From NCBI GenBank assembly GCA_041599115.1, contig JBFHXF010000001.1, positions 1 to 57,596 on the forward strand: a stretch of DNA of 57,596 nt. Direction: 5' to 3'. The position numbers were made by a program, and so were the translations under genes. The stretch comes from Acidimicrobiia bacterium. GTDB lineage: Bacteria > Actinomycetota > Acidimicrobiia > Spongiisociales > ZC4RG35. Under the pieces are notes generated by a model. The model was given only the letters and a program-made list of their open reading frames with translations, did not search any database and was not told the origin of the DNA. Of this stretch, positions 17,301 to 28,188 are shown piece by piece. Position 1 is the first letter of the stretch. Each line of letters starts with the position of its first letter.

Positions 17301-19570
17301 AGACCTATTGCGGCGAGCTCCCGAGCAGAGCGCACTTCTGCGGCAAAGTGGGCGCGTTCGGCTCTCACCTCGGGTCGGTCCACGAGGAGACGCCGGTTCT
17401 CGGCGAGGCTGAGGGCTGACTTGAACAACACCTGGCTGGCACTTTCCCCTGATATGAGTCTTTCTTCGATCCGGTACATCCGTGCTCTCGCCAGACATGC
17501 CTTGAGAAACGTCTTCTCGATGAAGGGCCCACGCAAAGCTTCGAGTTCATCTCCGACGATCTGGTAGGCGTCGAGGAACGGGAGCAAAGCCCAGTGAGCA
17601 ACCCGATCACCGAGTCTTGCCACAACCCCGTTGGCACCAATCTCTGTCATCAATTGCTCCCATGCCGGCAGGTCGATCGCCAGATCGGCAGCCGCCTTGT
17701 CGAGAAAGGCCTCCTTCTCGGGGAAGAAAAACTCGAATTTGAGAAGATCGCGGAATTCGAGGAGCCGCTCGTGAAACATCTCGAAGTCGCTTCCATGGCC
17801 TAAGGCGCTCAGGGCCATCTCGGAGAAAGCCCGAGGCACGAAGAAGTGGACCACCATGTTGCGGTAGTACGAGATCTTGATCATCTGACTCTCGTCCAAC
17901 CAAAACACGCGCCGACCGAGGGCCTCATGGCTCGACACATAACCGTTGTCCACCAGCCCTTGAGTGATCCTGGCGGCCATTTGCGCGTTTCCGTGCTCAA
18001 ATCCCACCTCGGTCAACGCCACCCCCCGTGCCATCAGGAACTCGGCAATCGAGGCGCATTCCTCTGCCAGTTGGGAGGCCGAACGGGCCGAGCCCCGTGC
18101 CGCGAGTAGGGCGATGCTCATCAGCGCCGTTGGCGTCACCGGAGTCACCTGGCCAATCCGATAGAGGACCTCGAACGCCATCTTCTGGAGTTCGACGGAT
18201 GACTCGTCGGTCGAATCCGCGCTGTCGAGCGAAGCGCGAACCGACACCGGTTCGCCGAATCTCACGTGGATGTCGCCGTAGCGTCTCCTGAGCGATCGGA
18301 TCGTTCTGAAAAGCCATCCCAGTGATTCCTTCTCCTTGTCCATGCCCTCCGCCTCGCGGGCGTAGCCGGGAACATCCTGAATCTGGTCGTAGGCGATGGA
18401 GACCGGGATGAGAAGGACGTCATCACTCTTGCCCCGCAGTTGGGCATCGACGACGTAGCTGAGAAGCCCCAATCGCGGGGGCAGCAGTTTTCCTGAGCGG
18501 GATCGCCCACCTTCGACATACCACTCGAGCGGGAACCGTTTCTCCACCAGATAGTCGAGGTAGCTCTTGAGCACCGTCTTGTAGAGGTCGTCGTCACGAA
18601 AGGACCTGCGAATGAAGAAGACGCCGGTTCGGCGGACCAGGGGCCCTACGGGGAAGAAATTGAGATTTATCCCACCTGCAGTGTGGTTAGGCGGCAGGTC
18701 GTTCTCCCAAAGCAGAAACTGAAGACTGAGACGATCCAGATTGGAACGATGCGAAGGAAGGAAGACCACCGGGTGCTCCTGTCCCAGGAGTGCGATCTTC
18801 CTAACCTCATCTTCGCTGTATTTGATGCTCCCGTAACCCAGGCCGTAGAGCTTGTGGATCGCGGCGGCGATCATGTCTATCACATAGGGGGAATGTGTCG
18901 CCGCGATCTCTCGAAGGTATCGCTCGGCCCTTGCTCGGGTTGATTCCGGACTGGCCCCGGTTCTTTTGGCCACGGCAGCAACGGCGTCCAGGAATTCGCG
19001 CCGGCTGAGAATCGCCTCAGGGACGAAACGGGGGATCTTGTATCGATTCCCACGGATCTGGCGTTCGGCCTTGTCGAGAACTCGCCAGGCCCGGCCGGTG
19101 ACAAACCCCTCCAGCGGGTCGACCTGACCCGAGCTGGCGTAACTGACGGCCAGCTCGCTGACGAGGGCACCCTGGGCCGCCACGAACTTGACCCGCTTCG
19201 GTGCCATCGTCCTGATCCAAAGAGCGCGCAGACCTTTCGGGTCACGCGGGTCGCCAGGCTTGAAGACATCGGAGATGGCGACAGATCGCCTGCCGTCCTT
19301 ACCGGGCGCCATCCACACCACCCGGAGCGGTATGAGATAGACGGGCTTCGGGCTATCGCCGAGGGCAGCGGAGAGGGCATCTTGTTCACCTCCGCGACCC
19401 CGTCGGGAAGAGGCGATCCTGATCGTTGTCGCGTCCGGTCCGACGTGGTGAGCCAACCACCGCCTCAGCATCTTGGCCTCGAAACCCGTAGCCACGTCAA
19501 GTAGGTACACCGGTGAACATCCGTCCGGCCCGACCAAGGGCTCGGGTATGGCTGGGTTACGGGAACGCAC
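17297..19570 (-). CDS. plsB: glycerol-3-phosphate acyltransferase, PlsB-like (mycobacterial type)
   Basis: 757 aa. Acyltransferase motif I VFLPSHRSNLD (HX4D), FFIRRSF, and VEGGRSRSGKL blocks. Confidence 0.85.
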   Translation of the reverse strand: MRSRNPAIPEPLVGPDGCSPVYLLDVATGFEAKMLRRWLAHHVGPDATTIRIASSRRGRGGEQDALSAALGDSPKPVYLIPLRVVWMAPGKDGRRSVAISDVFKPGDPRDPKGLRALWIRTMAPKRVKFVAAQGALVSELAVSYASSGQVDPLEGFVTGRAWRVLDKAERQIRGNRYKIPRFVPEAILSRREFLDAVAAVAKRTGASPESTRARAERYLREIAATHSPYVIDMIAAAIHKLYGLGYGSIKYSEDEVRKIALLGQEHPVVFLPSHRSNLDRLSLQFLLWENDLPPNHTAGGINLNFFPVGPLVRRTGVFFIRRSFRDDDLYKTVLKSYLDYLVEKRFPLEWYVEGGRSRSGKLLPPRLGLLSYVVDAQLRGKSDDVLLIPVSIAYDQIQDVPGYAREAEGMDKEKESLGWLFRTIRSLRRRYGDIHVRFGEPVSVRASLDSADSTDESSVELQKMAFEVLYRIGQVTPVTPTALMSIALLAARGSARSASQLAEECASIAEFLMARGVALTEVGFEHGNAQMAARITQGLVDNGYVSSHEALGRRVFWLDESQMIKISYYRNMVVHFFVPRAFSEMALSALGHGSDFEMFHERLLEFRDLLKFEFFFPEKEAFLDKAAADLAIDLPAWEQLMTEIGANGVVARLGDRVAHWALLPFLDAYQIVGDELEALRGPFIEKTFLKACLARARMYRIEERLISGESASQVLFKSALSLAENRRLLVDRPEVRAERAHFAAEVRSARELAAIGL

Positions 19571-19602
19571 GGCACCACTCTATTTGGTGGCAGAATCCTT
19601 GA

Positions 19603-20058
19603 ATGCGGCTGGTTCTTCAACGGGTGTCACAAGCCGCAGTCACGGTCGAGTCTGAGGTCGTCGGACAGATCGAGAGAGGATTCTTGGTGCTCGTCGGTGT
19701 CGAGAACTCCGACGCCGAGCAAGATGCGCGTTTGGCGGCTGAGAAGATCGCCGGTCTGCGAGTGTTCCCCGACCAAGACGATCGGATGAATCTCTCGGTG
19801 CTGGACGTGAGCGGTGAAGCCCTCGTGGTGAGTCAGTTCACCCTGGTGGCCGACATCACCAGGGGTCGCCGTCCGTCTTTTGATGCAGCCGGTGACCCAA
19901 CGCATGCCCGCAGGCTGGTTGATGTCTTGATAGCCGCTTTGGAGGATCTGGGCGTCCCAGTCGCACAAGGGAGGTTCGGGGCCCGGATGGTTGTCGATCT
20001 GGTAAACGACGGACCGGTGACGATCTTGTTCGACGTGCGCGACGGACGGATCATCTGA
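19603..20058 (+). CDS. dtd: D-aminoacyl-tRNA deacylase
   Basis: MRLVLQRVSQAAVTV...GFLVLVGV...VSQFTL...GRRPSF are canonical Dtd motifs. Confidence 0.95.
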   Translation: MRLVLQRVSQAAVTVESEVVGQIERGFLVLVGVENSDAEQDARLAAEKIAGLRVFPDQDDRMNLSVLDVSGEALVVSQFTLVADITRGRRPSFDAAGDPTHARRLVDVLIAALEDLGVPVAQGRFGARMVVDLVNDGPVTILFDVRDGRII

Positions 20059-20635
20059 GCGGATGTCGGGCGTCGTACAGATGCCTTGGGGTGAGGAGCA
20101 GAGCCAGCGCGAGCGACAGGATCACCATCATTCCTCTCGACTCGAGTCCCCAGCCCTGAGGCCAATGGAATACCTGCCAGGCCACTGAGAGGAGGATGGC
20201 GCCACCGAGGGCTATGAGCGTGGCATATCCCGATGATCTCGTGAGCAGAAGCGCGATGGCAATCAGGACGACCAGCGCCGGGAAGGCCAAAGGCCAGGCC
20301 GCGAGGAGCACTCCGCCCGTGATCGAGAGTCCTTTCCCCCCGTCAAAGCGGTACCACATGTTGTAGATGTTGCCGGTGATGGAGGCGATGCCGGCCAGGA
20401 CGGCACCAGTCTCGCCGCCGAGGGTGGTACCGATGATCACCGCCAGCGCACCTTTGGACATCTCGACGAGGAGGACGATCGCTGCCAGCCGAATACCCCC
20501 CACACGACGGGCGTTGTTGGCCCCAGGGTTTCCCGAGCCGGAGGTTCTCAGATTCACACCGAACATCCGGGCTATCCCGTTGGCCGTGGGCATCGAACCG
20601 ATCAGATATCCCAGCAGCGGGGCGAGGGCGATCAC
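20051..20635 (-). CDS. plsY: acyl-phosphate:glycerol-3-phosphate acyltransferase
   Basis: LGYLIGSMPTANGIARMFGVNLRTSGSGNPGANNARR is typical PlsY. The GTG start overlaps the adnB stop (GTGA). Confidence 0.9.
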   Translation of the reverse strand: MIALAPLLGYLIGSMPTANGIARMFGVNLRTSGSGNPGANNARRVGGIRLAAIVLLVEMSKGALAVIIGTTLGGETGAVLAGIASITGNIYNMWYRFDGGKGLSITGGVLLAAWPLAFPALVVLIAIALLLTRSSGYATLIALGGAILLSVAWQVFHWPQGWGLESRGMMVILSLALALLLTPRHLYDARHPLR

Positions 20636-23600
20636 GGTCGTGAGGTCCAGACCTGTCCGGGGCTGCAGAAACCAAGAAAATCACAGTTGGCGCACCACCG
20701 ACCCGGTCGCTCTTCAAATGCGGCTTGCGAGATGTCCGCAGTGAGTGCCCCCAGATGCGATCTGGCTGTATCGGTCCATTCACGGTCGGCGTGATGGGTC
20801 TCTATCGTCAAACCACCGCCGAAATAGGCGAAGGTGACGTCCATTGTCGTAGGTGTGTCGAGGCCGAAATCGACCTCCAGACCGGCCACCGCATATGCCT
20901 CCAATTGGACCATTCGGGCGTCATCGGTGCTGGGTCTTCCGCTCTTGAAATCGACGATCTCCCAACGGCCCTCATCGTCATAGACGGCATCGATGCGTCC
21001 CCTCACCCTGTAACCGTTGTCGAGTTCAAGCTCGAAAGGAGCCTCAACCAGCGCTGGCTGTTTGGCGGCGAAGCGCGATTCCCGAAATACGTGGAAGCCA
21101 CCCGGCCCGACCGCCTCTTCCGGGACGTCGTACAGGTCGGGCTCCACCTCATCGAAGGGGACCTGACCGCGGTGAAACAACTCGATTCTCCGGTGGAACT
21201 CGGTGCCTGCTATCGCGGCCGGATTTCGCCGTCTGGGAAGGGGATCGACATCGGACCAGTAGAACCGCTTTGGGCATTGTGCGTAGGTGACCAGTCCGGT
21301 CACCGAAACCACCCGGGTCCGCTCCGACGTCACGGCAGGTTCGATGCGACCGAGGTCGAACAGACGATCAGTCAACCGCTCGACCTCCTCTTCGAACTCG
21401 ACGGAAACACCCAGCGACTCGGCCAGATCTGCCATTGTCGTTTCGGTTTCGACTGTTCGCCGGAGGGCCTCATTCCACCCGCCACGGAAGAGTGGGTCGG
21501 GTGAGGCCTCCGCTTCATTGGCGGCCAGTATGGCCGGTCTCGGTGGGGCTTCCTCGTGAGTCCGCACATTGACCTGGGCATGCGAAGCGACCATTTCAAA
21601 AAGCTCGGACGGCTTGCTTGGCTTTAGCTTGGGCTCGGGAAGGCCGTACCAGTACGCGCCGGTGACGATCAGGGTGTGTTTGGCCCGGGTGGTGGCGACA
21701 TAGGCGATTCGCCACTCCTGGATGTCGTTCCGCTCCTTGAAGAAATCATCGCGAGCCTGTCGATCCTCGGGCATCTCATCGAGAAGGTGGTCGATCCGAA
21801 AGGCCGGAGGGACGTACTCGGCGAATCGAAGGGGGTCGGGATGCTGGATGGACCGGCCGGGAAAACTCTGATGCACCACGACCGGAACGGCCACAATGTC
21901 CCATTCCAGACCTTTGGCCCTGTGGACGGTCACCAATGTCACCGCATCCTCGCCGGAGAGATGAGCCGAGTCGAGCTCTTCCGCAGGCTCGTCTTCCATC
22001 GCCTCGAGATACTCGAGGAAGGCGCCCAGCGAAGGGCGGCCTCCAAGGGGACTCCAGTCTTCGGCGAGGTCCAGCATCCGATAGATATTGAGCCTCGCCG
22101 TGAGCCTTTGGTTCTTGGGGAGGGAATCCATGTCCCTCCAGGCGTTGGTTCGATCAAGGACGAGCCGGCAAGTTTCGACCAGGCTGACTCCCTGGGACTC
22201 CACCAGAATCCCTCGGTACGTCTCGAAAAAATGGGTGAGTGTCTTTCTGGCTTCTTCGCGTAGCTCGATCTCCTCGCAGTGTTCTATCGCTTCGAGAATC
22301 GTTATGGCTGGTACTTCTTCACTGTCCTCGTCGAGATCCTGAGAATGGACCCAGGCTGAAAGCGGAGCGATATCGGCCAGGCCGAGCCTGTAGCGGCTTC
22401 CCAGCAGGATCTGAGCGACCGCGGCAGAATCTCCGGGTCGTTCCAGAATGGTGAGCCAGGAGCGCAAGTCGCTGATCTCGGGGACCGACAGAAGGCCGCC
22501 CAAGTTGGCGACTTCCACCGGGATGTCGGCCCGTCTCATGGCGTCGACCACAACAGCGAAATCCTTGTTCTTGCGGAACAGCACGGCCATCGATTTCCAA
22601 GGAGCGCCCTCCTGGTGCAGAGCTTCGAATCTTGCCGCGACGAAATCGGCTTCTGCCACGGCATCCCCTACCCAGGCGGTGATCACCTGGCCACCCACCA
22701 CGCTCCCGTGGGGCTCCAACCGGTTAGCGACGGGATTGGCCCTCAATCGGACGTGGTTTGCCACCTCGAGGATCTCGGGGGCAGACCGGCGATTGGTGGT
22801 GAGACTGAGATCGTGGGCATGCTGCCCTCCCGAACGCGGGAAATGATCGAGGAACATTTCGAAATTCTCTGCCGATGCTCCCCGCCATTCGTAGATCGTT
22901 TGATCCTCGTCCCCGACGGCGATCACCGGAAAGCCGTTCCCGAAGATCGTGTTGAACAGGACCCGTTGCGCCGGGTTGGTGTCCTGGTACTCGTCCAGCA
23001 CCACGACCTGGTACCGGCTTCTCACCTCGGCGGCCAGCAACGGGTGGAGGATCATGAGACGTGAAGAGAGCAGGACAAGGTCGCCATAGTCGACGACTCC
23101 GAGTCTCAGTTTGTCTGCCTCGTAACCCTCGAGCGTGGCCAACATCTCAGCCCGGGATTTGGCTACATCGTCGGCATCATCGAGAAGGCGCGGCAGGTCG
23201 GCGGGGAGAAGGAGTTGATCGGCGAGTCGGTCACCCAACATGCGGATTCTGTCGATCATCCTGGGAGAGGTGATGTCGAGCTGGTCATATCGAGTTCGAT
23301 GAAACCTCTCACCGATGAGCTGCCGAGAAAAGGTGGGGGTGATCACCCTTATTCGACTGCTCAGACCGGCGAGCGAGGCGAATTCCGAAAGGACCTGGGT
23401 GGCAAAGCCGTGATAGGTGTGGACCTCGACCTGGCGTCCGTCGTCGATCTGGGATGCGAGGTTCTCTCGAATCCGGTCACTGAGTTCGGCTGCCGCCTTG
23501 TTGGTGAAGGTGATACCCAGGACCCTTTCCGGCTCGACCTGTTTGGTGTTGACCAGGTTGGCCACGACCATCGCCACGGTTGTCGTCTTGCCTGTGCCGG

Positions 23601-23676
23601 CCCCGGCACGAATCCGAATCGAGTCGAGTCCGAGATCCAACACTCCCTGCTGTTCTGGCGAAGGTTGGTGGATCAT
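20632..23676 (-). CDS. adnB: UvrD-like helicase / RecB-like nuclease subunit (AdnB-type)
   Basis: ATG 23676 overlaps the adnA stop (ATGA). Walker A GAGTGKTT, DEYQDT, C-terminal nuclease GRIDAVYDDEGRWEIVDFKSG, Cys motif CANCDFLGFC. Named by gene order (second of pair). Confidence 0.8.
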   Translation of the reverse strand: MIHQPSPEQQGVLDLGLDSIRIRAGAGTGKTTTVAMVVANLVNTKQVEPERVLGITFTNKAAAELSDRIRENLASQIDDGRQVEVHTYHGFATQVLSEFASLAGLSSRIRVITPTFSRQLIGERFHRTRYDQLDITSPRMIDRIRMLGDRLADQLLLPADLPRLLDDADDVAKSRAEMLATLEGYEADKLRLGVVDYGDLVLLSSRLMILHPLLAAEVRSRYQVVVLDEYQDTNPAQRVLFNTIFGNGFPVIAVGDEDQTIYEWRGASAENFEMFLDHFPRSGGQHAHDLSLTTNRRSAPEILEVANHVRLRANPVANRLEPHGSVVGGQVITAWVGDAVAEADFVAARFEALHQEGAPWKSMAVLFRKNKDFAVVVDAMRRADIPVEVANLGGLLSVPEISDLRSWLTILERPGDSAAVAQILLGSRYRLGLADIAPLSAWVHSQDLDEDSEEVPAITILEAIEHCEEIELREEARKTLTHFFETYRGILVESQGVSLVETCRLVLDRTNAWRDMDSLPKNQRLTARLNIYRMLDLAEDWSPLGGRPSLGAFLEYLEAMEDEPAEELDSAHLSGEDAVTLVTVHRAKGLEWDIVAVPVVVHQSFPGRSIQHPDPLRFAEYVPPAFRIDHLLDEMPEDRQARDDFFKERNDIQEWRIAYVATTRAKHTLIVTGAYWYGLPEPKLKPSKPSELFEMVASHAQVNVRTHEEAPPRPAILAANEAEASPDPLFRGGWNEALRRTVETETTMADLAESLGVSVEFEEEVERLTDRLFDLGRIEPAVTSERTRVVSVTGLVTYAQCPKRFYWSDVDPLPRRRNPAAIAGTEFHRRIELFHRGQVPFDEVEPDLYDVPEEAVGPGGFHVFRESRFAAKQPALVEAPFELELDNGYRVRGRIDAVYDDEGRWEIVDFKSGRPSTDDARMVQLEAYAVAGLEVDFGLDTPTTMDVTFAYFGGGLTIETHHADREWTDTARSHLGALTADISQAAFEERPGRWCANCDFLGFCSPGQVWTSRP

Positions 23677-26627
23677 GAGATATACGCTCCCCGTCCTTGT
23701 GGCCAGGCAGGACACGAGGTCTGGAACTCGCACTTGCCGCACCTCTCATTGACACGGGGCGCCCAGATCTCACCCAGGATCGCAAGGGTGATCTCGGCCA
23801 TCGCCGCTGTCGCCTGGTCGAGACTCTCGATGTCGAGTTTTCGCACGGTCACACCGACAGAGTTGGCCCTGGGAAACCACATCTCAGCGCCTCGGACCGC
23901 TTCTCCGAAAACCCGGTTTGCCGCCGTGGCGTAGAAGGCGAGTTGAATGGACTCGGCGGCAGCAGCAACGCTCGGGTACGACTTGCCCGACTTGTAGTCG
24001 ACGACCTGCAACCCGTCTTTGGTGCGTTCGAGGCGATCAATGAGGCCCACCCAGGCAACACCCTCTATCTCGGTCTCGACCCTGGTCTCCAGGGCGAGGG
24101 GGACTCCGTTCCCGGGCCATCGGTCGTACAGTTTCGTGAGCCCCTCGATGGCATGCCGCTTCCATGCCTCGTTCAGCTGCGGCGTGCCGAAATCGGCATC
24201 CTTCCAAACCTCCTCGATTGCATCAAGGGCCGTGGCGAGATCCGCATGAGTCGCCCCTGTTCCCAGAATGGTCGATTCTGAGATCTCCAGGACGCGATGC
24301 ACCAGAGAGCCGAAGCGGGCGTAGGGTGATTCGCTGTCTCCCAGGCGCAAGCGGCGCTCCATGGCGTATCGGCGCGGACAGGTCGCGTACGACTCGGCCT
24401 GGCTGGGCGACAGGCGGATCGAAACAGGGAGGAGTGGGGCGTCCGGTCCGAAGGCGGGAACCCCGGCGAAACGGTCCGGCTCCCACCATCCGCCCGGCGC
24501 TGTGGCGAGAACCTGCGTGGCGGCCAATCGAGCCACGGCCGGGGCATGCGGGTCGAGGACCTTTCGCCGCAGCGATACCTCGAACTCGGAGACCGTCACC
24601 GGGTCCAGCTGGGACTCCTTGGGAGCTCCCAGGGATTCGATCGACGTGACCCCTGCGGCTGCAATCAGGAAGCGGGAAGGTCGTCGCTCCCCCTGGTCCA
24701 CGCCGGCGTCAGTAGCCGTCCACACCACCCTCCTCTTCGCCCTCGTCATGGCGGTGTATGCCAGACGCATCTCCTCCTGAACTTGGAACAGATGCTGCGC
24801 GCCGATATTGGTGGCCCGTTCCGGTGAAAGGAGTTCTGGCCGGAGCATTCTCCGGCTGCGGCGCAGGTCCGGAAAGACACTTTCGACCGCATTGGCGATG
24901 AAGACATGGTCAAACTCCAGTCCTTTGGCCTGGTGGAGGGTGGTCAAAGTGATCTGGTCCGTGTGCGGGGTGGGCGAAATCAGCGGGGTGGCCTCGAAAT
25001 CTTCTTCCTCGGTCAGCTCGAAGTAACGGGCGAGGGAGACGCTCGGGTCCCGATCGGCCTGCCGGCTGAGCGCCTGGGCGAAGGAGCTGAAAGCCAGGCG
25101 CCATTGATCCTTGTCAGGGTGTTTGGCGATCGCCTCGAAGACTCCGAGGCTGGTCCACAGGTGCCAGAACCCTTCGCTGGCCGGTCCGGAGGTCGCCCAG
25201 CGATTGTCAACCAGGATTCCTCTCAGATCGCTGGCTGCAACCCCTTCTTGTTCGAGGATGTCCACCCAAGAAAGCCCAAGCCGGCGGCGGCGTCTCGCCA
25301 GATCACGCTCTTTTCCCAGGGAGGTGGCAAACAGCGGACCAAGCATTACGCGGCGCATGGCCCGGTCGGCCTCCGCTGCCTGACCGGGTGGGACGCCTCT
25401 GGCCGATCCGCCCTGGACGGCAACGGTCACCAGATCGTTGACGAGGCGAATCGCAGGATGATCGACAAGTCTGCGTCTCGGCGGGTCGTGGGGCAGGTCG
25501 CGTCGTTGCAGAGCTCGACTCAGCTCGTTGAGCATTTCCCTCTTGGATCTCACCAGAATGGCGATGTTCCCCGGGAGGACCCCCTCGGCCCTGACGGCGT
25601 GCTCGATCTCCTGAGCGATCCACTCCGCTTCGGCGGTTTCCTGATCGAAGATGTAGGCGTCGACCCGTCCAGCGCCTGCAGCTGGTTTGACGGGCCCGGC
25701 GGCACCGGGGAGATCGCCAGAGGACACCACCCTCAGGGCTGCTTCCAGTATCTCTGGAGGAACCCGGAAGCTGCGGTCCAGGACCAGTCGCAGACATCCT
25801 TCGTGCTGTTCACCGAAAGCCGCGATGTTTCGAACCTCGGACCCCCGGAAGGAATAGACCGACTGGTAGGGATCTCCAGCCACCGTCAGATTGCCGTTGG
25901 GCCTGGCCAGGAGGTTGGCAATCGATGCCTGAGCGGGAGATGTGTCCTGGTAGTCGTCGACCAAGACGAACCTGTAGCCGCTTGCGATCTGCTGGCCTCG
26001 GGTGGTTCGGAGAAAGTCAACCGCAGAGACGAGAAGAGTGCCGTAATCGATCCTCTCCATGTCGAGGAGGCGTTGGCGGTATTTTTCGAAGAACTCGGGG
26101 ATGCCCCGCCAGTCGTGTCGCTCGAGCGCTTTTTGCCGGAGGTCCTCCGGGGACAGCAACCGCTCGGCGCATCGCATCAAGAAGTCGGCGATCTCGGCTG
26201 CGAAGGCGGGGGAGGGGAGGATCCCTCGATAGATGAGGGGCCAATCGGTAGGCCGTTCGGCTCTGAGAAGGTCACCGACGACCGCTACGTGTTCGGGTGT
26301 GGTCAGCGGTATGGGTCGCTGGCCTGATCCAACTTCGAGCAACCTCAGGGAGAGGCTGTGGAAGGTGGACGACTCGACCGGCATTCCGGATTGGCCCAGG
26401 GACTCGGTGATTCTGCGGCGAAGATCGGACGCCGACCTCCTGGAGAAGCTGAAGACCGCCACCTCATCGCGGCGGGCCAGACCGGACCCCACGATGGAAG
26501 CCACCCGGCGAACCAGGAACTCCGTCTTCCCCGTACCGGGCCCGGCGACGATCAACTGCGCACCATCCGCTCGGTCGAGCCATTGACCCCACTCTTGGGG
26601 GGAGATCCGATGGTCCCTCACAGCCAC
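23673..26627 (-). CDS. adnA: UvrD-like helicase / RecB-like nuclease subunit (AdnA-type)
   Basis: 984 aa. Walker A GPGTGKTE, DDYQDT, nuclease GLIDRLERTKDGLQVVDYKSG, Cys motif CGKCEFQTSC. First gene of the pair. Confidence 0.8.
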   Translation of the reverse strand: MAVRDHRISPQEWGQWLDRADGAQLIVAGPGTGKTEFLVRRVASIVGSGLARRDEVAVFSFSRRSASDLRRRITESLGQSGMPVESSTFHSLSLRLLEVGSGQRPIPLTTPEHVAVVGDLLRAERPTDWPLIYRGILPSPAFAAEIADFLMRCAERLLSPEDLRQKALERHDWRGIPEFFEKYRQRLLDMERIDYGTLLVSAVDFLRTTRGQQIASGYRFVLVDDYQDTSPAQASIANLLARPNGNLTVAGDPYQSVYSFRGSEVRNIAAFGEQHEGCLRLVLDRSFRVPPEILEAALRVVSSGDLPGAAGPVKPAAGAGRVDAYIFDQETAEAEWIAQEIEHAVRAEGVLPGNIAILVRSKREMLNELSRALQRRDLPHDPPRRRLVDHPAIRLVNDLVTVAVQGGSARGVPPGQAAEADRAMRRVMLGPLFATSLGKERDLARRRRRLGLSWVDILEQEGVAASDLRGILVDNRWATSGPASEGFWHLWTSLGVFEAIAKHPDKDQWRLAFSSFAQALSRQADRDPSVSLARYFELTEEEDFEATPLISPTPHTDQITLTTLHQAKGLEFDHVFIANAVESVFPDLRRSRRMLRPELLSPERATNIGAQHLFQVQEEMRLAYTAMTRAKRRVVWTATDAGVDQGERRPSRFLIAAAGVTSIESLGAPKESQLDPVTVSEFEVSLRRKVLDPHAPAVARLAATQVLATAPGGWWEPDRFAGVPAFGPDAPLLPVSIRLSPSQAESYATCPRRYAMERRLRLGDSESPYARFGSLVHRVLEISESTILGTGATHADLATALDAIEEVWKDADFGTPQLNEAWKRHAIEGLTKLYDRWPGNGVPLALETRVETEIEGVAWVGLIDRLERTKDGLQVVDYKSGKSYPSVAAAAESIQLAFYATAANRVFGEAVRGAEMWFPRANSVGVTVRKLDIESLDQATAAMAEITLAILGEIWAPRVNERCGKCEFQTSCPAWPQGRGAYIS

Positions 26628-26643
26628 CTCGGGATGGTATCTG

Positions 26644-26829
26644 TCAAGCGGCTTGCGGCAGTGGCGCGGGGGTCGTTCCCACCACGACTGCCTCGAGTCC
26701 GAGCCCGCGTAGATAGGAAACCGGATCCTCGAAGACGCTGTCGGCCCAGGGTTGCGGGTGGGATTGGCAGGTGTGCTTGTTCATCGGGGAGTCCGTCGAT
26801 GGGCGGGTGTTGATGGTTGTCGTTCTCAT
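26644..26829 (-). CDS. small hypothetical protein (61 aa) immediately upstream of adnA
   Basis: ATG 26829 to TGA 26644, ending 16 nt before the adnA start. MRTTTINTRPSTDSPMNKHTCQSHPQPWADSVFEDPVSYLRGLGLEAVVVG.. The longer track ORF (to 27012) overlaps gdh. I recognise no family. Confidence 0.35.
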   Translation of the reverse strand: MRTTTINTRPSTDSPMNKHTCQSHPQPWADSVFEDPVSYLRGLGLEAVVVGTTPAPLPQAA

Positions 26830-26886
26830 GATGGGATCGAATTTAAGAGACGGGTATGACAAAAAGAGTCGGGGCGAACTCATAAG

Positions 26887-28184
<1,298 letters not shown>

Positions 28185-28188
<4 letters not shown>

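Noticed and set aside
24906-26327. 473-aa plus-strand ORF inside adnA. Similar long antisense ORFs: 173-760 -, 5554-6564 -, 27790-28674 -, 38451-39410 -, 41355-42356 -, 49778-50749 -, 51604-52614 -, 53195-54265 -
   Set aside because: Each lies entirely antisense to a gene with strong family signatures. Their products are Arg/Gly/Pro-rich with no motifs. This is the typical shadow-ORF artefact of high-GC genomes.
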